A DNA stretch of 62,291 bases, the filler included, from Nemertoderma westbladi (taxonomy: Eukaryota; Animalia; Xenacoelomorpha), in NCBI GenBank assembly GCA_032718475.1. It is 4 parts of 4 records of this genome, joined end to end, with 100 filler letters (N's around TTAATTAATTAA, not from the genome) between each part and the next. Parts side by side here need not be neighbours in the genome. Positions count along the whole stretch, not along the records: positions 15,391 to 46,224 come from JAUCBJ010007415.1; 3 more parts are not named here. One strand, written 5' to 3'. The notes under the pieces are model-generated. The model worked only from the letters and a program-made list of their open reading frames with translations. It searched no databases and was not told the DNA's origin. Made by a program: the position numbers and the translations under genes. This document shows positions 22,846 to 35,212 of this stretch, piece by piece (position 1 is the first letter of the stretch; each line of letters starts with the position of its first letter).

Positions 22846-23509
22846 TTTATTGGGTATTGGCTTTTGTTGGCCTTTAATATCTTATGGAATCGGTTTAATT
22901 TTCCTTTCCTTATCTGTTACCTAACATGTATTCCGTCAGTCCTGTAAGACCTCTGGGGACTCCCCTCGTATACTAATGAACGATCGATTTCAAGCTCTTG
23001 GCTCTTTTCAAGTTAACCAGAATCCCATTAAGTCGGCGTGTCGTTACATTCTATTGTTATAACTACATACCTCATTGCTCATAAAATAGCACTTTATAGC
23101 TTTACGGAACGAGTGATGTTGTAACAAAACGAGGGCCGTAAAAGCTTTACAGTGCTAATTATGAACAAAACTTTCTAGAACAACCGAATAATCACTCGGT
23201 GACATACTGGATATAGGGGGCCTACTGTAAATACATAGTAAAATGAGTGAAATATGTAAAAAAAAAATATCGACATCTGAGAATTAATGTCGCCCTGGCG
23301 ATTTGGTAGTGCGAAATTAATTCCATACAAATAAATAAAATAATAATGTTCTCAAATATTTAATTACGTAACTAGAGAGCATTTTAGCAGATAATTTATA
23401 ACGCCATGGTCAAGGAAATTGGGTGGGCAATTGAAACGGCAATAAATACTAAACCAGGCAATATAGTGAATATTGAGTAGGCCAATAAATAATTACATGA
23501 ATTACGATA

Positions 23510-24667
23510 ATGGAGTGGGTTGTAATTATATTAATTAGTTTGTTTCCGTTTGAGACCAGATCGATGTTACCTCGGTATCTGAATAGCCCAAACGTTTACC
23601 CGACTCGATGTGGGTATAAAAATAATTCATCATTAACTAAAAAGTTCATTTGCGACCCGGACAAGATCCTCGGCAATGATATTGATGATATCAACGAATT
23701 AATTACTGATCCAACTCAAATAACAACCCTTATTGATCCTAACGGTTGCAATGAAAAATATATAACTCTGTACATAGCCGTTCTTAAGGATTTTACGTGG
23801 GATTTTTCCAATGACGACGCTGATAATAGAGACTCAATGAAGTATGCGCTGCAATTATGGGAGCAGTGGATAGGAGATGATACTCCCATATGCAAGGACT
23901 TCGTCTTTCTCTACATAATCGGGAAAGATTTGAATCTAACGTTAACAGTTAATGCCGAAAACATTTATAATGATATTTATGCAGATATCAACAAGCAGAT
24001 TGCTCTCAGGTATAAAGAATATAGGGGTAAAGGCTTAGTTGTTCAAGGTATCATTGAATTAGTCAAGATTGTGGAAAGTTATAGGAAACATTTTAGGATA
24101 TATAAGAGTATTAGTACTCTGGGTGAATACCCAGAGTTGCTCAGAGTTTGCTTGCTTTGCCTTGCTTGCTTTGCTGTTATGGGTTTAATTGGAATTACAG
24201 ATATTTTCTACAGATATTTTCTCCTTAAAGTCAACATTTTTTCCGGAATTCGAAAAATTGGAAACCAAACAGCGATCGCGAGAACACAAAGAAATTCGAC
24301 CAGAAGTACAATAGGCCTACACAAAGAACCGATATTTACCAACAAGTTACGCAATTCTCCGCAAAAGATCCGCAATTCGTGTAAATGCCACTGTCATTGG
24401 CAGACAAATATATCTGATTCTTCGCAAAAAAGAGGAGAAAGTCTATTTTGTTGTCTTTGCAAAATACCAGTGTCGGGTGGGAAATGTAAACATAGTGTAT
24501 ATATTCGCGATGGTTCGGATCAAAGAGACGACCCAGCATTATCGACGATACAGTTCACTTCTGCAGTACCAAACACCAGAGAGCAGCCAAACCCGAAAGT
24601 AAATGTACGGCAACGCCCTACTAAGATACAAACATGGAAGAGTTTTGATGTATGCAGGAAGGGCTAA
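23510..24667 (+). CDS. TPM-domain (MOLO-1-like) single-pass membrane protein, single exon
   Basis: 385-aa ORF with a signal-peptide-like start, PN..PTRCG...FICDPDKIL, YALQLWEQW..CKD.V and GLVVQGI (TPM/modulator of levamisole receptor family pattern), one TM helix near aa 211-238 and a Cys-containing cytoplasmic tail. Confidence 0.75.
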   Translation: MEWVVIILISLFPFETRSMLPRYLNSPNVYPTRCGYKNNSSLTKKFICDPDKILGNDIDDINELITDPTQITTLIDPNGCNEKYITLYIAVLKDFTWDFSNDDADNRDSMKYALQLWEQWIGDDTPICKDFVFLYIIGKDLNLTLTVNAENIYNDIYADINKQIALRYKEYRGKGLVVQGIIELVKIVESYRKHFRIYKSISTLGEYPELLRVCLLCLACFAVMGLIGITDIFYRYFLLKVNIFSGIRKIGNQTAIARTQRNSTRSTIGLHKEPIFTNKLRNSPQKIRNSCKCHCHWQTNISDSSQKRGESLFCCLCKIPVSGGKCKHSVYIRDGSDQRDDPALSTIQFTSAVPNTREQPNPKVNVRQRPTKIQTWKSFDVCRKG

Positions 24668-25929
24668 CACCGCGGTTACATTAGTTTGCTATTCAATTTC
24701 ATGAAATATTGTGGTAATACATGGTAAACATTAATTTATTGTACTATGTGTGAGCGTTTGGCGGACAGTATATCCTGTGTGACTTGAACCTATAACATTT
24801 TGAGTAACAAACCCCAACATCCAAAAATTATAATTTGTCTTTGTCGATTTCTGCAGCACCTAGAATTTTTGGTGTTCAGCATAATATTGTGAATCAAATG
24901 TTTTGAATTTTCGACTAGGAATAATGAATAACTTTAACTATAGTGACTTTTTGTTGGTATATTCGGAAACGCGGAATCAAATTGAAAATTACAATAGAAA
25001 TAAAAAAAATTTAAATTTAGACAAAAAAATTTAGAACGATAAAAATTGTATTCAGGTACCTTGTCCTTGTACCTTGTACCTTGTAAAATTGCCTACATAT
25101 CTATATCCATTGCACCAAACTATTGGACCGAGAACTTCAACCCTGGTGGTACCGATCTTTCTACATGAGATATTTTACATATAAAAGCCTGAAAATATTT
25201 ACCAATATTGGAAATAAACCGACCTGCACAAAACGTGTCATATTTTTCGAACAAACGGGTTTACTAAGCTATCCATTTTCAGTTTTCATAGTAAAAGATT
25301 ATAGATTATTGTGTTAAAGTTTCAGAACAGTAGCCTTAAAAATAAAATTAGTATTTCGGTAATGGTCCCTTTAATAACTATGATAAAACACCAAAACCAG
25401 AACTCTTTTCTCATCCGATGAACTGTAAACAAACAGTCTAGCCACCTCCAATAGGCTGGTTGATAAACCTCCTGCTCGGACTCCATCCGATATTTTTGTA
25501 GATATCGGCATTTATGTAGACATGTTCAGATGTTCTAACTAAATTAAGTTCTACTCTAAATAGTCGAACCTTAAGTTTCCGAGGTATTCTGTGTGACTGC
25601 CAAATCCTGGACAGCCCATTCAATGCCGCCCGTGCCCCTTGCGTATTCGAAAGTCTTCACCTGACCTCTGTGATCCCAGGTAGCAGATGTCATCCACATT
25701 CTCAGGAAATCCATCCTTAGAGTTTATGCTCATACGTTCAGGCATTTCGTGAGGACGCTCTAGAAGTGATCCCTCTAGTGATTCTGAGAGTACTCAGCAT
25801 AGTCATCAGCAAAGTCTAGATCTGTTAGTTGTTTGGCTGGATTTCCCCGATTTCTGGAGCCAGTAGGTGGAGTTATCATCACCCCATCATCATTATGGTG
25901 ATCTAAGGACCACAATTATGAATAATAGT

Positions 25930-26400
25930 GGGGGAAGTACCTTCACTGACATCCGGCCCTCTGCAATGTGATTTGGATGTACTCGATGTATGGAGCATTA
26001 CTTGGAGAAACCTCGACAAGTGCAAAGTAATGCACATTGGAAGAAATAACCCCAAATTCGTCTACAAGCTTGGATCATCAACAATTAGCCAAACATCCAA
26101 GGAGAAGAACCTAGGTGTGATCTTTAAAAGTGATCTTCAATTTGACAGTCACATTGCGACAATTACAAAGAAGGAACATCAAACATCAACATCATCGAAA
26201 CATCAAACCAAGAACTTTGTTCTTGGTTTGATGTTTCGAAGCTTCAGGAATTTCGACCAAATAATGCTTACCAGCTTATACAAATCTCTGGTCCGTTCAG
26301 TTTTACGCTTCTCCTGTCTGGTCCCCATATAAAATCGGTCAAATGCAACTCCTCGAATCAGTTCAAAGACGTGCAACCCGTCTATAGACATATCCAGAAT
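25930..26400 (+). pseudogene. CR1-like LINE RT C-terminal fragment
   Basis: LQCDLD.L..WS..W..NLDKCKVMHIGRNNP...EKNLGV.F..DL.F..HI and LYKSLVRS. Confidence 0.75.
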
Positions 26401-26740
26401 GTCTCCGCTGTCTTGACAATGTCGTCACTTTAGTATTTGTGAACGCCTTCAAGTCATCACTCAATAATCATTATAAAACCTACCTCTGAAGTTCACACCA
26501 TCCTGGTGGCACTAAAGTGGTGGTTGAACCAGAATCCACTAACATTTATAATAATTTCACCCTTTTTTTATCGAAATTAGTGCATAACTCCTCATTGTTC
26601 AATGTTTGATATACTATTCACACGCAACCGAATTTATTGATTATTGCATACCTTTTGTAACATTCTTCTAACTCTCCTCGCAGCAACATTATTTTATCAA
26701 TTTTATTATATTTACTTATTTTATTTTGTTTTACCAGATC

Positions 26741-28070
26741 GTCATAGTCCAGTACACAGTTGCATTATTGACTGAATCGACTCGTCATAGTCCAGTACAC
26801 AGTTGCATTATTGGCTGTATCGACTCGTCATAGTCCAGTACACAGTTGCTTTATTGGCTGTATCGACTCGTCATAGTCCAGTACACCGTTGCATTATTGG
26901 CTGTATCGACTCGTCATAGTCCAGTACACAGTTGCATTATTGGCTGTATCGACTCGTCATAGTCCAGTACACAGTTGCATTATTGGCTGTATCGACTCGT
27001 CATAGTCCAGTACACAGTTGCATTATTGGCTGTATCGACTCGTCATAGTCCAGTACACAGTTGCATTATTGGCTGTATCGACTCGTCATAGTCCAGTACA
27101 CAGTTGCATTATTGGCTGTATCGACTCGTCATAGTCCAGTACACAGTTGCATTATTGGCTGTATCGACTCGTCATAGTCCAGTACACAGTTGCATTATTG
27201 GCTGTATCGACTCGTCATAGTCCAGTACACAGTTGCATTATTGGCTGTATCGACTCGTCATAGTCCAGTACACAGTTGCATTATTGGCTGTATCGACTCG
27301 TCATAGTCCAGTACACAGTTGCATTATTGGCTGTATCGACTCGTCATAGTCCAGTACACAGTTGCATTATTGGCTGTATCGACTCGTCATAGTCCAGTAC
27401 ACAGTTGCATTATTGGCTGTATCGACTCGTCATAGTCCAGTACACAGTTGCATTATTGGCTGTATCGACTCGTCATAGTCCAGTACACAGTTGCATTATT
27501 GGCTGTATCGACTCGTCATAGTCCAGTACACAGTTGCATTATTGGCTGTATCGACTCGTCATAGTCCAGTACACAGTTGCATTATTGGCTGTATCGACTC
27601 GTCATAGTCCATGTACACAGTTGCATTTTATGTCTGTATCGCACTCGTCATAGTCCAGTACACAGTTGCAGTATTGCTGTATCGACTCGTCATAGTCCAC
27701 CGTACACAGTTGCATTATTGGCTGTATCGACTCGTCATAGTCCAGTGACACAGTTGCACTTATTGGCTGTATCGACTCGTCATAGCTCCAGTACACAGTT
27801 CGCATTATTGCTGTATCGACTCGTCTTAGTCCAGTACACAGTTGCATTATTGGCCTGTATCTGACTTCTTACAGTATCCAGTTCTTAGTTGCTTAACGTC
27901 TGTGCTGTTATCGTACTCGTCATATGGGCTCCAGTACACAGTCTGCGTTATTGGCTGTATCGACTCGTCATAGTCCAGTACACAGTTGCACCCTTATTGG
28001 CTGTCCATCGAACTCGTCATAGTCCAGTACACAGTTGCATTATTGAGCTGTATCGACTCGTCATAGTCCA
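26741..28070 (+). repeat. 43-bp satellite, about 31 copies
   Basis: Unit GTCATAGTCCAGTACACAGTTGCATTATTGGCTGTATCGACTC; homogeneous to about 27600, indel-rich after that. Confidence 0.95.
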
Positions 28071-30574
28071 TCGTATACTGATCTGATTTCTGCAGTAATG
28101 CAGTTTTTATCAATCGAGATCAACGAAGATCCATAGAGGGTAAGGTTGGCCTTCTTGGAAACGGGGCGGGGACCAACTTATTCGTATTCATTTTTTGTGG
28201 GACTCTCTTGGTCCGGTATATGTCAATTATGATGGGGTAAATGAGCTCCAAGCACTTTGATAGAAACTTTTAGAAACCTTAGAGGGGAAACCGTCAACGA
28301 TTGGTCTTAATGCTCTTTGTAGCAGCCTTCACTTCAGCAAAGGAGATATCACCATTGGGTACATGCGGGAGTACAGATTCAGACACTTTTACTTCTATAA
28401 AGTTATCAGGCAATACCCTGTCATTATTTAGGAGCTTTTCAAAGTGGGCCTTCCAACCATTGAGGCGATCGGGTGGTGATTCACCCTTAACCTCGGTGGT
28501 TGAGTGGCCTTTTCGCCCAGGAATTTCCATGCCTGGGGTGATTGCCTGCTGTGATCGGCATCATTGCTGGCATCTATCTGCTGAATGATAAGTTCCTGCA
28601 GATTATCAGAGTAGTGCCTATTCAGGGATCTAGAAGCAGCCTTAAATCTTTAATCCGTAAATGGTAGCTATAAGAGTACTGGAGTTTCCTCAGGGGAGTA
28701 TAGTTCTGGGGGGACCGCACTTGAAATAATTCGTCAGACTTTGTTCGTAATCCCTGGCCTGATGGTCGAAGAAAACGTTACTTTACTTTTTTATAAGTTA
28801 TTAAACATTAACTTGGTGTTATAAATAATATAAGCAAAATAATATTTAAAATAATTTTTTTGAGTTTCACAAGTTTTCCTAGAGTTCTGTTGTCTACGTC
28901 TATTTTTGCTTTGTGCCCATTCGTTTTAGACATTGTGAAAATTGTCAACACCTCCCACCCACCGTTATAGTATTAACCTTATGTATTCTGTATGTTTACA
29001 GTACCTATACTAAAATATCGAACGCTCTTGACGCAGCCAAAAGGAAACAAATAATCACACAAGTCACTGAAAAATGTACATCGGTCCACGTAGGAAGATA
29101 ACTGATTCAGTATAATTATCGTTTCGTTATTCAGTAGTCACCCCTAACTTCACAGGCGAACATGACCGCGCATAGTATAATGCAACTCAAGCTGACCAGA
29201 GACAATACGAGTGGTACGATCATGTTTGAGAGAGTTTTACGAGAAATCCCGTGTACATACCGCCACAACGACTGTATTCTGTGTTTGTAAGATAGATGTG
29301 ATCCAGACATTTCCCCATCAACAGTCCTCAACAACTTAAACTCGTCCGGTGAGTCACAACATCTGTAAACGATAGACTATGTAAAGATCAAGTCGGTATT
29401 ATAATATAGGCCTACTGTCAATGAAACAGAAGAGCCACCGATTATTTATATTAAATGAATGAATTAATGGCAGAATTGACAACAAATCAAATATGTAGCC
29501 TAATTCATAATACAATAATACTAGGGAGGGGCCTCCTACAGTATAGATAGCCTCAGGGCCTACTGTTGAGTAACTGTAAACTTCTGATAAATAAATCATA
29601 ATGTTTTATATGCCTACTAATTAATTTAATTACAATATAATTTTCAGAAAAGCGTCATTTTAATTTCAAACACCAGTGAGCCAAGAGTAATCTCCATACC
29701 CCCTTTGGGAGGAGCAGAAGTAAAGTAAACGTATTGGTCAACGTGAAACGTGACCGGTAGGCTCTCTTGGCAGTTACTTGTAAGGAAGGGATGCCGCCAC
29801 ACTAATTTCAAAGAGTTATCACCCCTAACTCTCCATCCCTTTTCTTTACTCCACAAGCAGAAGTCTCAAGCCAGCTGAGGGAGTAAACCCCAGCATAGGC
29901 CTACCGTTGCGTTCATACCCCACTGACTCAACTGTAACTTTAACTGGCACGGCACGGGCGCGAATCCTATCCCGTGACTTCTTGGCTCGCCCCACAGAAG
30001 GCTACTGTAAGCTTACTGTACTAAAGTAAAAAAACCTGCCTTTCAATATCTCTGCAACAATAATCCATCGTATGCCGAACATTCATTTGACAGTCTGCGT
30101 CATCATTACAATAACCAAATCCAATAACTAAACATTCAACATTAGTTGTTATCCCTAACAATAATATGATCAACAAGAGCGACATAATTACTACTCTTTA
30201 AAGACCTAGGATATAACCGGTAATGATTGTAGCAGCCTATTAAATACCACCAACATGGGATATCTGTGAATATCTGAGATATACGGATACAGTAAACAAT
30301 GTTTTAAAAACAAAAATATTTTGTATCATAATGTATTAGACCTAAGCCTTTATTACATTTTTATTAATATACTTCGCGTCAATTTCTAAATATCCCAAAC
30401 CAAACAAAATAACCAAATTGAAACAAAAAATGATTAAAAAAATATAATTTCTTTTTTTGTGAAATATAGAAACTATGGCTTATTGATATTTCCTAAATAT
30501 TATTTATCGACTATTATGCTATTACATAATACTGCTACTATAATATTATACAGTACGAATATTATTATTTAAAG

Positions 30575-31200
30575 CAGATTTTAATCAAGATTCCAAATTT
30601 GAAAACCATTTAGGAAGACCTGTCTTACTTCTCGAGAATGGCTCTGTCTGTCCGTTTGACGGTCTGTCTGTCCTTCAGTATGTCTTCACAACAATAGAAA
30701 GCATACTATATGTCAAAAAAAATATTATATGGGCTTTCTTGGTCCGTGACTTCATTTCTGATGTCAGTATTCAAATGTGGCTTCATCGTTTCTGTCTGTA
30801 TGACTGTCAGTTTGTCCGTCAAAATATAAGCGAAGTCTGACATCCAAACAGACAATTTTTAAATCATCAAAATATTAAATCTGACACTCGAATTAATTCT
30901 GCAACCATTAAAACCCCTATAGCTAAACTTTTAGCTCGATTGTGTGCCCTTTACTTATATTTTACTGACAGATTTTCGGATAGTCAGAAATTCCGACAGA
31001 CAGACATGCAGACTAACTAGATTTAATTAAAAGTATTCATTCATAAATTCATTAAAACACACCTGAAATGAAATCTACGATCAGGGAATCCCCCATAGAA
31101 AAAATCTTAGCATGGTTTTGTGTTTTCTTGAGCTAAATGTTCTCACATGCACGGGAAAGTTCAAACTTTAAAAGCAATTATCTCGGAATGGCAGTTTTTC
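30575..31200 (+). mobile_element. Internal fragment related to the Kolobok-like element at 10957-12113
   Basis: Colinear similarity (AGCATACTAT, GTGACTT.ATTTCTGATGTCA, CCCCATAG..AAAATCTTAGCATGGTTTT, GGCAATTATCTCGGAATG-like). Confidence 0.65.
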
Positions 31201-32639
31201 CTTTTTAAATCACTATTCATCCGCCATTTTTCAACCAAATTGTAAGTTTTTGGTATCAAATGAAAGCTAGCAGTGTGCGCAATAATAAAATTCGACCTGT
31301 TTTTTTAGTCTTACAATTGTTCATCTGTTATAACAATTTTTACGAGAAAAACCATTTTTTTGAAAATTTGAAAAGTGGTTTGTATAATAGCGGTATTTTC
31401 CTTGGACTACGACCATGCTGATTAAAAAAAAATAGGTTACAACAGTTGAAAATGAAGCTAAACCAAGGAGAAGCTTTTTATGTGAAAAATACAAATTTTT
31501 GCTCTGACCTCTAGGCCTTCAAAAATGAAATTTTTTTTTTAAATATTACAATTCACTATACTGTAGTTCATCTAAAATGTATCTTACACATTATTTCTAC
31601 TTATTCGCTTTTTGGAGCAGTATGCAAAGTGCAGTTAGAAGAAACTCCTCTTGTGTAAACTCTTCCTTTCCCACATGTGGATAATTATAAGTGGTTTCAT
31701 TTTCTCACCGGTAGCAAACGACCAAAGTAAATAACTATATACATTTTACTTTTTTGTTTACTCTAAACAATCAGGGATGTAATGTAATATGTAGGCCTAT
31801 TTATTTATAGATTTAAATGTCTTACGCTATCCAAACAACAAACCCACCCGTGATATTTATCTAGGGACTTTAAGATACCCTCGTATCCTTTGGCACTCGC
31901 GTCATCTCTTACTCAGCTTCAGCCTCACCACCAGTCGTTTTCAATATTTTACCCATATTGGCAAAATAACAGAATTATTCTTATTATAAATATGTTAAAT
32001 ATGTAAGGGATATTGAAATGATTATAAACTGGAATATTTTTGGAAATAAAATTGTCTCGATTCAGGGCACCTTGTTACTCTTTATTCGATTGTTTCTAGT
32101 GCCAACATTTTTTTCGCGCACCAACCCTATTATCGTGCTCTGAATTAATCTGAAAACGTCAAAATACCCACTTTATACTGTTCTTCAACAAACCACAGAT
32201 CTGTATTTTTGCTTATTTTTAAATTCTAATAGAGTAATGCTGTAGAGGGCTGGGCTGTAGGCTGTAGCAGATATTGTTTATATACAAATAAATTAACAAT
32301 AGTTATCATAACTACGCTACGCTTGATTAATTCTAACTAATTTTAAACAATAGTTATCCTAACTAACCCAAAATGTTTATATTTAACAGTGTTTTCCGAT
32401 GCCTAGGCCTACTGTACTGTACTGTATGTACTGTACTAGTACAGGTCCGCGAGGCCCCCGCGAGGTATTAGTACTGTTGTACGTTTGAACGACACTAGCC
32501 AAACAATCCTGAAAACAGATAGAAACTGATAAAAATTAGTACCGGTACCGGTATAACAGTATTGTTAGGCCGACCGTTACTTACTGTTACTTTATTGGGC
32601 CTACTGTTTGACTGTTGTGTTAGTATACTATACTTTCAT

Positions 32640-33690
32640 AGCTGAATTAAATTTCATTGAGATTGGGAAACTGATCGAGACTAAGGAGCGCGCAATTGAG
32701 TTTGCACAAAGCGCGGAGCTTCTCCCCCGAACTCTACAACCAAATGGCTGAATGGGCAACCAACCTGCAACCCTACGTCTTTGTCCTTTTCCGGGTTGTA
32801 CTGCGCAATCCAAAATTACGCTGGTAAAGGACAGGAGATTCATGCAGCTTGTTTGGCGTTGCTCCCGTGCTAATACTGTAATAAGCACAAGCAAACTGGA
32901 CGTTCTGTGTTCTGGAACGTTCTGGTTTGAGAAGAGTCGATTCGAGCGAGGTTCGGCAGATTCTGGCCATCTCGTATTCGTTTGATCTCGAAGTTCGAAT
33001 GCGTACTGCACATCTGTTGCTAGCGACATTGTTGGGGTGCAAGGCAATGCTGCAATGGATGATCCCTTGTCGACTGGTACAATTTTATTAGAGAATTAAT
33101 GTACCGCGATAAAGAGGAGTCAGAGCCAATGGGTGGACCAGGACATAGGCCTATTGTCCAAATCGACGAGACGCTATTACGGGGAAAACGCAAGAGGAGC
33201 ACCAACAACCGAGGTCGTTTGCTTGGTGGGGACCAATTTCCGTCATCTCGATCTAATTATGGGACGATAGTGGATGGGCCGTGGCTGTTTGGACTGGCAT
33301 GGAAACGTCCAGACAATAAAGTCGACATCCGCCTCTACCACGTTTTGCATCGTGATGAAGACACCCTCAGCCCTATTTTGGAGAAACATTTTGCCGGTCT
33401 GCCGGTGGAACATAGTTACAGTCCGACGAATGGTCTGCGTATTGCGGTGTGAATGTTAGCCTAACAAAAGCCCCCAACCCGGCCATGGTCTGCTACCAAT
33501 GGAACAGGGACCTACATACATGAAACCGTCAACCATTCATCCATTTTCGGTAGAGTGGGCTGGTGGGTGAGTGCGACAGGCAGACAGGCACCCACACTCA
33601 ACGTAGTAATGTGGGGCCACTTAAAGACGTCAGTCATCCGCAATAAGAATACCGCAACTTATTGCTGGTCACCTGGCAGAATACCTCGCG
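32640..33690 (+). pseudogene. Merlin / IS1595(ISXO2)-family transposase, frameshifted
   Basis: MGGPGHRPIVQIDETLLRGKRK..NRGRLL, GPWLFG, RDEDTL.PIL, then HETVNHS and MWGHLK in another frame. Upstream Cys-rich zinc-ribbon-like part (CPFPGC..WRC). Confidence 0.82.
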
Positions 33691-35212
33691 CCTGTACTAC
33701 TTCAGTTTAACCCCCCCCCCCCCCCCCCCCCCCCAAATACCCGGTGGTGCGACACTGCGAGCTGCGTGCGACTGGACAGTAATTAATTATTATGTATAAG
33801 TATATCTTATGAAATAAGTAAAATAAGTTATTATCTGAAAGCATTATCTGAATTATCTTTAAGCCTTTGTCTATGTTGTAGTTTTTACCTAAAAGCTGAG
33901 GCCGGCAAAAACACAATGGATATAGTATATGTATAATTATGTAATATGTATATGTGTATATACAGATATTTAATTTAATATACCATATTATATTTTTTAT
34001 TTTATATATTAGTTGTTTCAACCTTTTTAGAATTACTTTACATTATTTTATACTGTCGCAATATTTTTGTGTTAATAATCAATTTTCGTGAATTAGTAAA
34101 TATTATATTGTACTGTATGTTGGTTTTTATTGCTTTCTCTATATCTCTTACTATTATCGAATGTAAAGAGGTTTTAATATACTGTAACATAAACGCTCAT
34201 ATCAATGTTAGCCTAATTTATACTACCGGTATCGCAATATTAACTTGTTAACTATACAATTTATTTTTAAATTTGTAAGTAACCTTACTGTCTTGTAAAT
34301 TATCCAGTAGTATTAGTTTTACTAGTTGCTTACTCTACTTGTAGGCCTACTACACCTACTATTGACGTTTTAATCTATTTTCTTTAGTTTTATAAATTTT
34401 GTGAGCATTGTAAATATATAATTTCGTATCTACATATGTTGGTTTTCATTATGACGACTTCTTATAACTTGAATTTTGTTAGTGGCTAAGATATTTCTTT
34501 CGACACCCGTAAATTATTAAACATTAAACTAGGCTTACTCCTATAATAACAAGTATTAGTTTTACTCCTATTTCATTTTTTGTTATTTTTTGTGGCTAAA
34601 CATGTATCTCCTCCTTTCAATAATTGTCCGATTTGTCTGATTTTTTTGTTCAAAGTAGTAGGCCTACTGTCTCGTCTCTCCTGAACAGCTGAACCTTAGA
34701 TGGATTTTTGAATTTCGCTCTAGTTTCGAGAAAAGTGTGATTAAGTCTACGTACGTAGTCTATAAATAATATCACCAATATTCCGACCAAAAAATACTCA
34801 AAATCGAGGGAGGAGATACATTGGAAGGACGGTCCAATCGAAATGTTTTGCAATAGGCTATTAATTATTAACCTAATCCGCTTTAGATTAGCGGTGACTG
34901 ACCTCGGAAATGGAAAGCCCATCTTATCAGCCTGTTCGCTTCAGAGCTTTCAGAATTATTTACTTATGCCAGAGTATCCAATTAGCCTACAGTTTACGCT
35001 CGCGGTTTATTTGTTTATTTGGATTCCGTTTAATAAATCCAAATTTGACCTGGAACACTGCACAGCTGCAGTATGTAGGATGTACCAGTCTGCCAGTGTA
35101 CTGATGTAGGACTATTGTCTGATTGTGGATTGTGTACTGCAGTACTAACTGGTGTATAGGTGTAGGCCTACTGCGACAATCGGCATCACTGCGTTTGTAA
35201 TCCAGCAGTACA

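Larger units (their letters stand above)
25535..28620 (-). pseudogene. Decayed copy of the same RTE family as 17777-19446, in two pieces (25535-25925 and 28100-28620)
   Basis: Minus strand matches the 17.8-kb element: NNDRVLPDNFIEVKVSESVLP..ISFAEVKAA.KSIKTNR, the DLDFADD region and SRIW.S.RI.RKLKVRLFR. Interrupted by a CR1 piece and a satellite. Confidence 0.85.

Noticed and set aside
26741-28070. CRISPR-like appearance of the 43-bp array (also the 22-, 31- and 73-bp arrays)
   Set aside because: Units are contiguous with no unique spacers, there are no cas genes, and the context is eukaryotic.
33711-33734. Poly-C and poly-G runs as G-quadruplex regulatory sites
   Set aside because: Homopolymers recur throughout the window, several at transposon ends, their lengths are unreliable, and no function can be supported.
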